From contig OZ251245.1 of the NCBI GenBank assembly GCA_965240325.2, positions 1,054,001 to 1,118,000 on the forward strand: a stretch of DNA of 64,000 nt, in the 5' to 3' direction. A model generated the notes under the pieces. That model was not told the DNA's origin, ran no database searches, and saw nothing but the letters and a program-made list of their open reading frames with translations. The position numbers and the translations under genes were made by a program. This DNA comes from Rebecca billardiae RCC1528 (Eukaryota > Protista > Haptophyta). Positions 42,881 through 55,614 of the stretch are shown piece after piece (position 1 is the first letter of the stretch; each line of letters starts with the position of its first letter).

Positions 42881-44815
42881 CCAGGTCGTTCCCCCTGCAC
42901 TGGGAATCCGCGGTTTCGCACTATTCAGAGCGCGAGGCCGCGGCATAGCAACGCAGATTTAGTCTTCCGCTTGCTCTATCAGACCACTTGAACGATCTAA
43001 TCGAGCTTTCCAATTGAAAATGACGAAACTACATCCATCCATTGGAGAAGCCAAATCCCGAGCGCGGCAAAGCCGTGGAACGCAGTAATCAGCCTCGTCA
43101 GCGATAGTCCGCTCACGAAATCGATGCGCTGGAAATGAGTTCTTCGCGTGCAACCGGAGCGGCGGGAGCCCTCCCGCGGGTGCGGAGCACCGATTCTGAC
43201 CCGCCCCCTGCGGCTGGGCGGCGAGTGCGATGCAGCTGGCCCGGCGCTGGGGGGCGCGCCCGGGCCATGGCGCTGCGGGCGCGGATGTGCTTGCGGAGCC
43301 GGCGTGCGTGGACGGGCTGTTGCGGGAGAGTATCTGCCGCCCTCCTGCGCCGCGCGACTTGCGCCACGCCTCTTTCGCCTCGGCTCAGGGCAGCGCGCAC
43401 GCGCGCGCCGCCTCCGAGGCCAGCCTTGCCTGCGCCGCAGCCGACCGCGCGCGCGCCGTGCGCGGCGTGGTCGGGAAGGAACGGGCGCGGCTGCCGGGCG
43501 AGATGGCGATATCATGTGCGCACGCCATGCCGCCCCGCCACGCCTTGCCGAGCGTGTCGCTTGTCCGTTTGCACGCCTCTTCGAGTTGTCACAAATGGTG
43601 TGCACGGCCTCGCGGTCGTGACTCGCTGGGGGGCGCGCCCGGGCCAGGGCGCTGCGGGCGCGGATGTGCTTGCGGAGCCGGCGTGCGTGGACGGGCTGTT
43701 GCGGGAGAGTGTCTGCCGCCCTCCTGCACCGCGCGACTTGCGCCACGCCTCTTTCGCCTCGGCTCAGGGCAGCGCGCACGCGCGCGCCGCCTCCGAGGCC
43801 AGCCTTGCCTGCGCCGCCAGCCGACCGCGCGCGCGCCGTGCGCGGCGTGGTCGGGAAGGAACGGGCGCGGCTGCCGGGCGAGATGGCGATATCATGTGCG
43901 CACGCCATGCCGCCCCACCACACCTTGCCGAGCGTGTCGCTGGTCCGTTTGCACGCCTCTTCGAGTTGTCACACTATGAATGGTGTGCACGGCCTCGCGG
44001 TCGTGGCCCTTGTCGGGACGATCATTGAGACACAGAACAGTGCCAAGCGGGCACGCGGGATACTCTTACATGAATGTCCATCACCGCGTGGTCGTGTAGA
44101 AGTGCTGGGTGCGACGCTTTCCTCGCGCGGATGCACTTTCATCATCTTCTTCGAGCCGTCCGAGGTCTGGCTTCAGGCACGACAAGAAATCAGCACTCGT
44201 CAACAGCTGTGCGGATCCGTTATCGTGCCCGTTCGCGGCGCCGCGGGGCGGCATGGCGTGCGCACATGATGTCGTCATATCGCCCGGCAGCACCCCCCGT
44301 TCCTTCCAGACCACGCCGCGCACGGCGCGCGCGCGGTTGCGGCTGCGGCGCGGCACGGTGGCCTGGCCTCCGAGGCGGCGCGCGCGTGCGCGCTGCCCTG
44401 AGCCGCGGCGAAAAGAGGCGTGGCGCGAGACGCGCGGCGCAGGAGGGCGCCATATACTCTCCCGCAACAGCCTGTCCACGCAAGCCGGCTCCGCGAGCAC
44501 ATCCGCGCCCGCAGCGCCGTGCCCCGGGCGCGCCCCGCCAACGGCGCTCGGCCGGCCTTCGCCGCTGCCCCTGCCGCCGAGGGCAAATGTCAAGATTTGG
44601 TCGGCCCTCGCCTGCCGAGCCGCCACCGGGGGCTCCCTGCACCCTCTATCTCGTTGCGGCTCAATTTTGGGATTGCGAGACCAGCTCATCGATTGACGCA
44701 CATCCGCACCCGCGAGACGTGAAAATCTTATTCGCGGGTAGCGACGGGTGCGTCCTGCGGCTGTTTTTCTCGTATGTCCAAACCGCGGATTCCCAGTGCA
44801 GGGGGAACGACCTGG
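42881..44815. mobile_element. Non-autonomous Tc1/mariner-like element with 36-bp perfect TIRs and TA TSD
   Basis: TA|CCAGGTCGTTCCCCCTGCACTGGGAATCCGCGGTTT at 42879-42916 and its exact reverse complement at 44780-44817. No transposase ORF recognised. Confidence 0.85.
43245..44005. repeat. Tandem duplication (~379-bp period, 2 near-identical copies), with a diverged inverted third copy at ~44243-44536
   Basis: 43245-43620 matches 43624-44005. The reverse complement of the unit (gcggcatggcgtgcgcacatgat...cccgggcgcgcccc) occurs at ~44243-44536. Confidence 0.92.
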
Positions 44816-46727
44816 TAACTTGCACCAGACACCAGTCCTTTGCTGCCAAAGATGCTGCCGCCCACCAAGACCGAATCTAGTAGTGGAGTTTTAGGAGACC
44901 TTGCGCGCCGATCGGCCCGATAATACACAATCAAGGGCCCTTGACACAATGATGATACAGTCGTACTTGTTTGCCGAGGGACTGTCAATACAGGCACATC
45001 TACAAGTCTACCCAGAGCAACAGAGCTTACCCGCAAAGTTTAGAAAAATGGTTCACCCTGGAGTTGGGTACCAGGGGAGTACGGGTAGGTGCACCGCGTT
45101 TATAGCGAATATTCGATACGGAAGAACTTGTACTACCTCAGTGACCGTGTGATCAGCATCGGTTACGACGACTCCCTCACCCGCGGCCAACGCGCTCCGA
45201 CATCCTCCATTAACTCCATTCAGTACTTCGACAGACGAATCAGGAGAGCTGCGCCCTCGTGCCTGTGTCTTTAAATCATAGAATTGGTCAAGGGGCTTAC
45301 AAAATATTCTGGAAACCCACGAGAACAAAGGCACGACTTCACGCTGGGGACCAGCCCGTCGCGGGCCTTTATTTGACGCCCCACTCACCGGCCCACCGGG
45401 TCACATAAGCGCAATTCGTGTACCCACTTACGCGCTCGATAGGACAAAAGCCGCTCGTCGTTCGGCGCTTTGCGTACTCACATTCGCGCGAATCGCATCG
45501 GCGCATTCGTCGTGTCGCGAGTTCACACTTCACATCGTCACTTTCTCGCTAGACAATTCACGAGCGAAAGGGCGCGCTGATAGCGGCACGCGGGTATCAT
45601 CTTGCATTGGACTACGAGCATCGGAGCAACCTCGCGCGGCCTCGCGTCGACGACGTCTCGTGAAGGACGACAAGGCGGAGAGCCCACGCCATTCCAAGGG
45701 TCGCCCTTGCGTTGACGTCTCGTTCGGTCGCGCGACGAGCGGCTCGCGTGCGGCGCCAAGCGAGAGACGCGGGGCGCGCGGCGGGCGCACGCGCGAGGCT
45801 GCCCACCACGCGCACGCGCGCGACCCCGCCGGCTCGGGCGACACGCCGCCGCCTCAGCTCGAGCACGAGCGCGAGGCGTGGCGCCGGCTCGGTGGGCGGC
45901 GGACGGCTCGACCTGCACTGCGGTGCCAGCGGATGAAGCGGCAAGCCCGGCGGGCGCATACGCGCAGGTCCGCCCTCCACGCGCGACCGCGCGACTGCGT
46001 GTTCCACGAGCTGCAGCAGGCGGCCGCGGGCTGGTCGGCGGCCGGCGAGGTCGGCGGAGTGCCGCCCGGCCCGCGCGTTCTCGCTTGGGCGCGGGCCACA
46101 CTCTCACTCACAGCGCGGGGCGTGGTGCTGCGGACGGGCCAGTCATTGCAGTGCGCACTCCGTGGTCAGACGTGCACACGCGCGCGCGTCGTCAGCCCCG
46201 CCGCTGCGCCCCTGTGGCGCCGTTGGCAGCGTCGGAATTCCGAGCTCGAGCTACCGGCCCGGCGTGCCATCATGCGTTTCAGAAACAGGTTTCCAGCCCA
46301 AGTTGACGCGCAGCGCCAACCCATATTTTGTAAGCCCCTTGCGGTGGGTAGCCTAAACTTTACGGTAGCTGTTGATGACTTGATGATGATATCAGTGGAA
46401 TGTGGGTGCTGACGTGCGTCCTGGTCCACTTCGTCCCTGACTTCGTCAATATCAGTCTTTTCATCTCCTCTTTCTCGTCATTACAATCGGTTCATACGTA
46501 TACGGTATTGCCATTTTGACGACTCTCATTACTGATTCACGCCCCTGCTCAATGACTGATGCTGATTAGCTGTCGTCCGTCCAACGCGCGTCGTCCGCGG
46601 GCAAGCGTTGGGTGGGTCCTCGAGCCCAGGCCTGCGTACCCCGGCCCGCGCCCCCCGCATCTTTGCTGCTTCGCTCACCTGCGAAGGTGGACCCTGCGCG
46701 ACGCGCGTGTCGGCGCGAGACGCGAAG

Positions 46728-48886
46728 ATGGCAGCGCGCGACGAGCGCGCGTCTCCTTCGCTCGCGCGGCTTCTGCGCGCGCGCGAGCTCGGCATGCGCC
46801 CCGGCCTCCGCGCCACCCTCGCCACGTGGGCGGAGGTCGAGGTGATGGCGCGCGCGCAGCTGCAGTCAACCTACTGCGCGCTCCCACCGATGACGCGCTC
46901 CGCGATCGCGATGGCGATGAGCCCCGACGCGACGCGGCTCGCGAGCACGCACGGCGACCACACCGTCAAGGTGATCTCGTGCGCCGACGGCGCGTGCATC
47001 CGCACCCTCGAGGGCCACATGCGCACGCCGTGGACGGTCAAGTTCCATCCGCGCTCAAACAACATTGTCGTCTCGGGCGCGCTCGACTCGGAGGTGCGCG
47101 TGTGGGACGTGGACGCGGGCAAGTGCCTGATCTCGAGGCGGCTCGGGGGCAGCGCCATCTCCGCCGTCTCCTTCCACTCCTCCTGCCGCGTCCTCGTCCT
47201 CTCCTCCGCGCAGCACGTGTACCTCTGGGGCCACCAGAAGAAGGGACGGCGGCGCCGCCCGCCGAGCGGCGGCGCGAGCGCGCCCGGCCGCGAGGAGCCG
47301 GAGGAGGCGGAGGCGGCGGTGGTTGCGGCAGAGGAGCTCCACGTCGACGGCGTCGACCTGAGCGGCTTCGTCCGCTCCACGCCCGAGCGGTACGCCTCGC
47401 TCGACCACGCGGTGCGCTGCGCGTCGTTCCGGCAGACGGCGATCGGCGAGCTTCTGTTCGTAGGCGAGTCCAACCCGTCGCTGGCGGAGCTGGCGCAGGC
47501 GCAGCAGCAGATGATGCTGCAGCAGATCCAGCAGCAGCAGTTCGCGCACCTCTCGCTCGCGGGGCCCTCGCCGCCCGCCGCCGCCCCCGCGCCGCCGGGC
47601 GCGCACGTCTCGCAGCTGCCAGAGATTCGAGGCGCCGGCGCGGCGCCGCCGTCCGCCACGCCGCCGCCCGCCGCTCTGGCCCCGCTCAACGGCGGCGGCG
47701 GCGGTGGCGTGCACGCAGCGAACACGCCGGGCGGGGCGCCAGCCCCCGCTGGCGCGCCCGCGCCGAGCCCACTGCGCGCGCTGCACATTGCCGCCTCCGG
47801 CATCGCCGCGCTCGGGCAGCGCGCGCGCTCGCACGGCGGCACAGAGCGCGCGTCGCCGTCGCCGCCGCCGCCGCCGCTGCTGCCACTGAGCGGGCGGATC
47901 AGCAGCCTGCTGCGCAACACGTCGGCACCGCAGGCGCTCTCCCCGGGCCAGCATCAGCTGCCGCAGACGCAGGTGATGCAGCAGGCGACCTTCTCGCCCT
48001 CGATGCCGCCCGCCACGACGAGTGATCCGCCGCTCGAGCCACCGAGCGCGCCTGCCGCGCCGCGCATGGCGCCGAGCAGCCTGCGCTCGCACGCGCTGCC
48101 GGCGCCGATGGTGCCGGCCGGCTCGTCGATCGCGCCGCGTCCGCACATGCAGACCGTCCAGCTCCTCGCGTGGCGCGTCGGCTCGGCGCTCGGCGGCGGC
48201 TCCGCGCCCGACGCCACGACCCCGCCCCCGTCCCCAGTCGACCGTTGGAATGTGCAGCCGGGGCCGACCAAGCTGCAGCGCACCGGACCGGGCTCCTTCT
48301 CCGACCGGCTGCTGCTGCAGGGCGGGCGGCCGTTCAACTTCATCGAGCAGCAGCCGCCGGTGCTCACGCTCGCCCACGCCGTCCTCTTCTCCGACGTCGG
48401 CTTCGACGTCAGCTCGTGCGGTGAGCTGATCGTGTGCTGTGAGGCCTACGGCATCGGCCCTCCCACCACAGCGACTGTGCGCTCGCTTCGGGCTAGGGAC
48501 CTGGGCACCGTGCTCTTCCAGGTGCACATCCCGAACACGGCGATCCTCACCTCGCTGCAGTTCACGCCGTCGTCGCGGTGCGCGCGCCGCGCGTACCGCC
48601 CACACGGCCGCGCGCCCGCGCGCGCGCGCGCCAAGCCGCACGCGCCCGCTGCGGTCCACCGGTCGGCAACCTCAGCGCCGCCCGGCACACCGCCGCGCGC
48701 CGCCGCCTCGCCTCGCAGGCACATGGTGCTCGGGTACGGCCGCACGACCAACCCACCGGTGCAGCCGCAGTGGCCGGGGGCCGCGCCGCCGCCCGCGCCG
48801 GGCGCGGGCTCGGACCTCCCCCGCGCGCGCGCCGGCGGCGCGCAGCCGCTCGCCGCGACGCCGTCCGCGCTGCTGCGCTTTGGCGC

Positions 48887-48928
<42 letters not shown>

Positions 48929-49445
48929 GGCTGTGCTGCGCGTGCTGCGCATGCCGGAGCGGAGCGTGCTGCGCCGGCGCGAGGGCGCGGTGCCGCACGG
49001 CGCGATCACCTTCGGCGCGGGCAAGCTCACCCAGAGCGGTATCTCCTCCTCGCCCTGGCCCCCCGAGGGCCAGTCCGAGCTCGCCGGCTGCATCGCCACC
49101 ATGGACGCGGCGCTCGTTCTCACCGTGCGCTCCGACACGGATGAGTCGAACACCGCGGTGGTGCACCCCCTGGCCGCGGCGGGCGCGCCGCTCACCTTCG
49201 CGTACGCGACGAAGCAGGGGCGCGTGCGCCTGCTCGAGGCGGTGAGCATGCGCGACGCCGCCACCGAGCCGCCCGCCTCGTCCGTCATCGCCGAGGCGGA
49301 CACGCTGAGCAGTCGCTCCGCCAGTACTGACTCGCCGCGGGACGATGAGGAGCACGGCGCGCTGCAGCGCGCGCCGCCCGGGGCGCGCCCGCCCGCTTGG
49401 GTCGCCAACCCGGCGGCGTCGGGCGGCTTGGGAGGCTGGCGTTGA
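46728..49445 (+). CDS. AMBRA1-like (DCAF-type) split WD40 protein; intron 48578-48718
   Basis: LASTHGDHTVKVI..C.RTLEGHMRTPWTVKFHP...SGALDSEVRVWD is the AMBRA1-family N-terminal signature. It is followed by a disordered insert, C-terminal blades (LTSLQFTPSSR|HMVLGYG, YATKQGRV) and a polyQ tract near 48888-48926. Confidence 0.85.
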
Positions 49446-50880
49446 TGCGCGTTATGTCCGCACGCGCGGTTGCGTCGGTGCGCAGCGGCTGCCGCGTGGC
49501 ACGCGGCCGGCGGACCCGCTGGACGGGCACGGCGCCGGCTCCCGGACCGTCGGGCCGAGCCGCTCGGCGAGGCGCGCTGCCTGCGAATCGTACTGCCGTC
49601 GGCTGCAGCACCGATGGGCCGGGGCGCCTGTAAGTTTTCTATGATGCGCGCGCTGCTGCTGCTGCAGAACGACAGCGCACAGCAATATTAATAATGACGA
49701 TGACGATGATGACGCGATGATTAGTCAGAACAGTAGTACTAGTAGGCAGCGGACACGGGACAGAGCTCGCGCGGCCACCGCAAAGTGCAACTGAGTGGGG
49801 CCATTGCAGGCGTCGCTAAATGCCATTATTGCCAATTGACGCGCGGGCCTTACTAATTTAAAATACAATATATATATATACTAATAATATTATAGTATAT
49901 ATATTATAATAGTATATATATTATATAATACGCAATTAATATAATCATCAAATAATAAGGTCGTCGTAGTAGTTGCGGCAGCAGTCGGGCCCGGGCAAAG
50001 CGTACCCTGCACGCCGCAGCAGCGCCAGCCGCCGCCGCAGCAAGCCAGCTGAGCAGAGCCGGGCACTCTAGCCCGTAGCGCGCACGCGGCCGCGCAGGGC
50101 ACACGGCGGGCGGCACGACTGTGGACTACTCATCACCGCCGGATCACCCGCCACGACTGGGGCCCAGCCGGGCCAGCGGCTGAGACGGCCGTCTGACATT
50201 CGGACCTGCACCCTCGCCCTCGCTCGGGGCACAGCAGGTCCATTCAGCGAGCCGCGCAGCGTGAGCGCAGGTGGATCGCGCTCCAGCAGCTCAAGGCCAC
50301 CGGCTCATCAAGCCATTCAGCATCGATATATATCGCGGTTCAGGCTAGTTGTGCTCGATCTGCCACCAGCGCCGACGTCGTGTCCACGATCGGGCACTGC
50401 CGACGACGACCGACTGATATCATAGTATCAGCCTAGGAGACTGCTGACGATGCGCCGTCCTACCACTCCAATACCTGATGTGTCGAATTAAATCATCATA
50501 GATACATATATATATATATATAGCCAATGCACACTGCACAGTGAACAGATGGACCTCAAAATGTCGATCTACTTTAGAAGCTCCCCTCGAGCGGCCACGA
50601 AGGGCACGATGGCTGTCGATGGCGGACCATGGCGGCGGCCCGCGCGCCGCCATCCCTCAGTGCCCCGGCCCATCAGGTGCTGATCGGTCCCGATGGCGCC
50701 GATGTGACCCGGTGACGACATATATATATATATATATATATAGCCAATGAGTACGTGACATGCATGATGTATATATATATATATATAAGTAATTAAATAA
50801 ATAAACCGCCGATGATTACATATATATATACATCCGCGGCGCGGCGGAGCAGCTGCTGACGACTATATCACGCGGCCTCG

Positions 50881-52097
50881 TCAGGCCGCCGGTGCTGGGC
50901 ACTTGGCGTACGCGACGCTCTCGATGCCGCCCACGTCGGCGGCGGGCACGAGCGCAGGCGCGCCGTCGGCCCAGGCGCACGTGGTGCCGTCGGCGCCCGA
51001 GCTGAGCTCGCAGCACCACGCGCCGCGCGCCGCGCTCGGGTGGCGCGCCTCGCACCACTCGGCGCACATCTGCTGCGTGGTGAACTCCTCGGTGGACGCC
51101 TCCATCACCTCCCGCGAGCTGTACCCGGCGCACGCGAGCACCGCCGGTTCGGGGCCCTTCGCGTGGCCCGTGGGCGGCGCGTCGGGCCACGAGCCGCACG
51201 GCGGCTCGGCCGCGACGGGCGGTGCCGCGCCGCGCGCCGCGCACGTGTAGAGGTTGTACGCCACGCCGTCCATCGCGGTCGCGTACGCGAACCGGCCGCA
51301 GCCGCGCTCGGCGCATCGGCCGCGCTCGACTCCGTGGTCCTGGGCTGCGTGCCAGAGGCCGTGCGGCAGGCAGATCTGCGAGCAGGTGCCCGGCCCATCC
51401 CCGTCGAGCTTGAGCGCGTCGTGCATGTTCCATGAAGGGCACTCGTACCTGGGCAGGGCCGCGCACGCGAGGGCACCCGCGGCGGCCGAGCGCGCGCGCT
51501 GTGAGGGTTAGCTGTGAGGGTTAGCGCTGTGAGCGGCGGCCGAGCGCGGGCGCTGTGAGAGCTGGCTGGGCGCCGCACGGATCGGTCCGGCAACGTCGCC
51601 GCACGCGCGTACGGGGTGCTGGCCTTGGGGACCGAAGGAGCGCCCGGGCTCGGGCACGATGAGAACGCGAGCGTCGGCACGTCCACCGACGCGAGCACCG
51701 CCAGCCCGTCCGTCCAACGACACCGTGCCGAATCCGAGCCATCGTCAGCCAGCGTGAGCTCGCAGCACCACTGCGATGTGCCCGCGCCCTTGGCCGCGCA
51801 CCAGGCCGCGCATGCGTCTGCGGATGTCTCGCCGGGCTGCGTCTCGCTTGCACTGAACACGGAGCACTGCAGGGCAAAGTCGTCGCGCGCGTCCACGTTC
51901 GTCGGCAGCGCCTCGGAGAGATCGACAGACGGCCAGTCACCGCAGCCGAGCCCGCGCACAGACCACCACCTGAGCGTGGCGCCGAGCCGCGTGCCGCCAC
52001 CTTGGCGTGCGAGCGTGTCCACCAGGACGATCGTCGCCGCGGACACGAGGCAGGCAGCCACTACGGCCGTCGCGACACGACCGCGCAGGAGCTCCAT
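50881..52097 (-). CDS. Type II membrane-anchored Cys-rich protein, paralog A; intron 51449-51612
   Basis: N-terminal TM; two CAxWC...WCCEL...CxWxDG modules flank a DGDxPGTCSQICLPH module. Splicing joins ORFs 51105..52217 and 50881..51426 in frame. Confidence 0.8.
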
Positions 52098-52416
52098 TGT
52101 GCCGCCGCGATGTTTGCGCCGGCCGGCTCGCAGTTGTTCGCCGCTCGGCGCTCGCCCAAAGCCCACCCACCCGGACCGGGCGGCCCCGGCGCCCCCCCGG
52201 CCGAAAACACCGGGCAAAAAAATTCTACTGATGGATTCTCAGCCTCCCGGCCCGAAAAGTGGCTGGGCGAAAAAGCCAAAAACGCTGTGCTGCTAATTCT
52301 GCATGTTTGATTCTCAGCTGTCCGTCTCGACACCGTCGCTCAGGCACAGCTGGGCGAGTCAGCACGCACTCGCAGCATGCCGCATGCCGCTGCGTCGTCG
52401 CTGCCAGTGGCACTCG

Positions 52417-53227
52417 TCAGCACGCGTAGACATTGTAAGGCACGCCGTGGTCGTAGTTCACGTACTCAAAGCGCGAGCAGCCCCTGTCTGCGCAATGGCC
52501 GTGGGTGACGCCGTGGCCCTCCGCGGCGTGCCAGAGCCAGTGCGGCAGGCAGATCTGGCTGCACGTGCCAGGCGCGTCGCCGTCCATTTTCATCGCATCC
52601 TGCATCTTTTTGGCTGCACCGCACGCGCCCACGGCGCGCGTGAGAAGAGGGAGGGCGGGGGAGGTCAGCCGCACGCGCCGCCATCCGCCGTTGGGCCGCG
52701 CACCGGGCCTCACGGCCAATACCCAAGGGCCACAGCGTACCTGGGCAGGCGTACTCGCTGTACGTTCGCCGGGCCGAGAGGCCCTCGGCCTCGCCGAGCC
52801 GCTCCGAGCATGGGCTGTACGCGCGGCTCCGCACCCCCGCTCCCGTCTCTGCCAGTTCGGGATAGCCCTCCGCCCACGCGCACGCAGGCGACTCGCCGCC
52901 TGCCGTCAGCTGGCAGCACCACGCGTGGCCCGAGCCCGCGTCGGCGGCTGTCGTCTCGCAGAATGCCGCGCATGCAGCGGGGCTGATGCGCTCACTCGCA
53001 CTGGTGGGCTCCGCCATAGTCAAGTTGGTGCCGACCGACCTGCAGCGCAGGCTGTAGCCGTCTGCGCGCGCGCTCGCACCCCAGCCGCCGCACGAGAGGG
53101 GCTCGAGCCAGGCGAGGGTGCCGAGTGGGGGCGGCGGATGCCTTGCATGGATGAGCACATTGGTCAGGGCGATGATGCCCGCGGCCACCAGCGTTGATGC
53201 GAGCACGGCTACCACCACGCGCTGCAT
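52417..53227 (-). CDS. Type II membrane-anchored Cys-rich protein, paralog B; intron 52614-52740
   Basis: Same modules as paralog A: CAAFC...WCCQL...CAWAEG and MQDAMKMDGDAPGTCSQICLPHWLWHAA. Confidence 0.8.
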
Positions 53228-53620
53228 GCGAAATCCTGATGCGCGCGACCGCTGATTGTCGTCGTCGGGCGTCGGCTCGTCGCGGCCATACCGAGTAATC
53301 TCGCCTGCCTGGAGCTGTGTGCGTCTCTTATTCTCTACTCGGGCCGGGGGTTTGGCGGTAGCGAAGTTTGTAACTTTAACAAACTGTTTCAGCTTCGTCG
53401 GCGTGCGCTATTTTGAGCGCGCGCCTATGAAGGCAGCTGCTATTCAAAGGCGAGTCGCCTATGAAGCCGGCTCCTATGTGTCCATACCTTACGGGTACTT
53501 GGGAGCGGGCGCTCATATGGCTCACCAGGCCGCGAGGCTGCGCCATGCCGCCCATCTGCACGTCGCCGAATCGGCCGCAAATCGGATGCGAGAGGCGAGG
53601 GAGGACGGCAGACATTCGCC

Positions 53621-54426
53621 ATGAGCGTGGTGTCGATCCTTGTTGCGTGCGCCACCGTCGTGCTTGCTCCCGCCGCCGGGAAGCAGGCGCGCAAGCTGCC
53701 GTCCACGCAGGAGGACAATTCCTATCGTTCAACGCATGCGCCGAGCTCTCAATCCAAGTACATGGCGGTTGGGCGACCCTCTCGCCGTTCGTGGACGCTG
53801 CCATACCGTACTGCGCGAACTCTTGCTGCTACCTGCTCCGCCCAGCTGGCACGAAGGTGGGGCGCGAGGTGTTCTACTGGCAGACGTCTGGCCGGTAGAC
53901 ACCCTGACCTCGCAGCTGATGCTTCCCTCAGTGTGCTGTCCCAGTTGACAGACATGTCGTGGCTTGCGTCTCGGGGGCAGGTATTCATCTACCGTAGCGC
54001 TTCGCCGAGCTACGCCCTGCGCAAGCCGCCTCAGTGAGCGCCGCTCTGAAAGCCTCACCGACCTCTGCGTTCTATCGCGTGCCGCCTCATGTGTGATGCG
54101 GTTGAGCTGCCGTTGCACGCGGCGTGTGGCTCGAGCTCGCGCGGGGCTTGGCGACGCACACGTACGTGCGGAAAGCCGCATTGCCCTCGGCCTACGCCGC
54201 GTTCGACCGCGCGATGGGCGCGGGCACGCTCACCGGTCAGCGTGCGAATGAGCTGCGCGCGCTGATCGCCGGTGAGCTCAGAGCTGCGCGCGCTGCCGGC
54301 AGTCATCCCTGCGAGTGCTGCGGGGCGAAGCGGCGGGCGAGGCGCCAGCAGGAAAGCTCGCAATCGTCGACTCAGCGTTCGTCATGCTGCCCCCGCTGCC
54401 ACCTGACGCGATTGGCCTGCAGTTGA
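53621..54426 (+). CDS. Possible small multi-exon hypothetical gene
   Basis: Signal-peptide-like start MSVVSILVACATVVLA, plus coding-like fragments in different frames bounded by GT/AG sites. Structure unresolved. Confidence 0.3.
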
Positions 54427-55516
54427 GGGCGCCAAGGCGACGCTGCGCCCGCTCCTAGGGGCAACCGGCGGCTGAGGACGAGTCGAGCGATGCAGTTTGA
54501 CTATGAGCTGACCGTTGACGATGATGCTACACGTACTACTACTGATGACGATTTTGACGCGCTGCTGGTCTCGGCGGTCATCAGCTGAGCCTGCGAGTGA
54601 GACTTGTTTCTCTCAATGCTGCCATCCGCCGCCGGATATGTGACTGCATGTGATGAGCCCACGATTATCACTTGAGCTCGGCGCCAGCCCGATCGAAAGC
54701 AGCCTGAGCCTGAGGCCCCGGGCCCGCACGGGCGGACAGTCTGACAAGCTGCAGACGACTCTCAGACGATCAGCTGCTGACAGATGATCACGGCGACATG
54801 ATGACGATGGGCGCAGTCGCGGAAGGCCCACCTGCCACGGCCTACTTCAGGATGCGCAAAGGGGTGGTCAACATTAGATATCTGCTAAGGTGACAGGAGC
54901 TGTAGCCGCGGGCCGCAGCAGCGGCGCGCAGCGCGCATGCATGCACGCGCGCCTGACAGATGCTCCGGGCACGAATGATTGCCCTCAGCTCGACCCAGAC
55001 GAGTTGAAGCATGGCAGAGTGGTGCCGTGCACACGTTCACATCGATGGCCTTGCGACCATACAGTCTTGCCTTGTACGCCCGCGAGGTCAAACCACAGCT
55101 GTGGCTTTGGATCCGAGGTCCGCCGAGCACCACCGCGGTACAGGCCCAAGCCTTGGCAGTGCGAGCAGTCCTCTTGAGTTCGGCGATCTGGAAAGCCTGC
55201 ATCACCTGGCCCACAGCGCGCAGCATCGCGAAGCTGTGGGCCAGATCGATCCCCGTGCGAACAAGACCAAGGGCAATGCTCGCTACGTGTGAGCAGGTGC
55301 TGATTCTCCTACTGTACGGCACCCGCTCGGGAACTTGTGCCCCGGTCTCGACATCCGGGTATCGCCCGGATCATGGGCCGGGGTATTGGCCGCCGCGCCG
55401 CCCGTCCCATCAACGCAACAATCGCAGCTGCGGCCTGCTGCACCTCCGGTCCCGCGTCCTCCCCCGGCGCGGCCATCACCGTCGTGCGGCATGGATCGCG
55501 TCCGCCACAGTCCCGC

Positions 55517-55555
55517 GATTTTCCGAAAAACCGGCGGCCGATTTTTCGGAAAATC
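55517..55555. promoter_or_regulatory. Palindrome ~60 bp upstream of the aldo-keto reductase start
   Basis: GATTTTCCGAAAAA-N11-TTTTTCGGAAAATC, a perfect 14-bp inverted repeat. The regulatory role is inferred from position only. Confidence 0.4.
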
Positions 55556-55614
55556 CTTACCACCAAACCCCCGGCCCGAGTAGAGTAAACTGTACAAGTC
55601 TTTTACAAAGAACG

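Noticed and set aside
42997-44880. ORFs inside the mariner-like element as a transposase
   Set aside because: They are translations of GC-rich repeats, with no HTH or DD(E/D) motif recognised.
45660-46412. 250-aa plus-strand ORF
   Set aside because: It has a non-ATG start, low complexity and no recognisable domain.
51500-51532. Telomere-like GGGTTAG repeats
   Set aside because: There are only two copies, inside a minus-strand intron, where they read CTAACCCTCACAG (branch-point/acceptor-like).
54980-55480. Stop-codon readthrough in a small minus-strand ORF (…GAVQ-TAG-ENQH…)
   Set aside because: CAGTAG is equally a splice acceptor, and no family is recognised, so neither a gene nor recoding can be supported.
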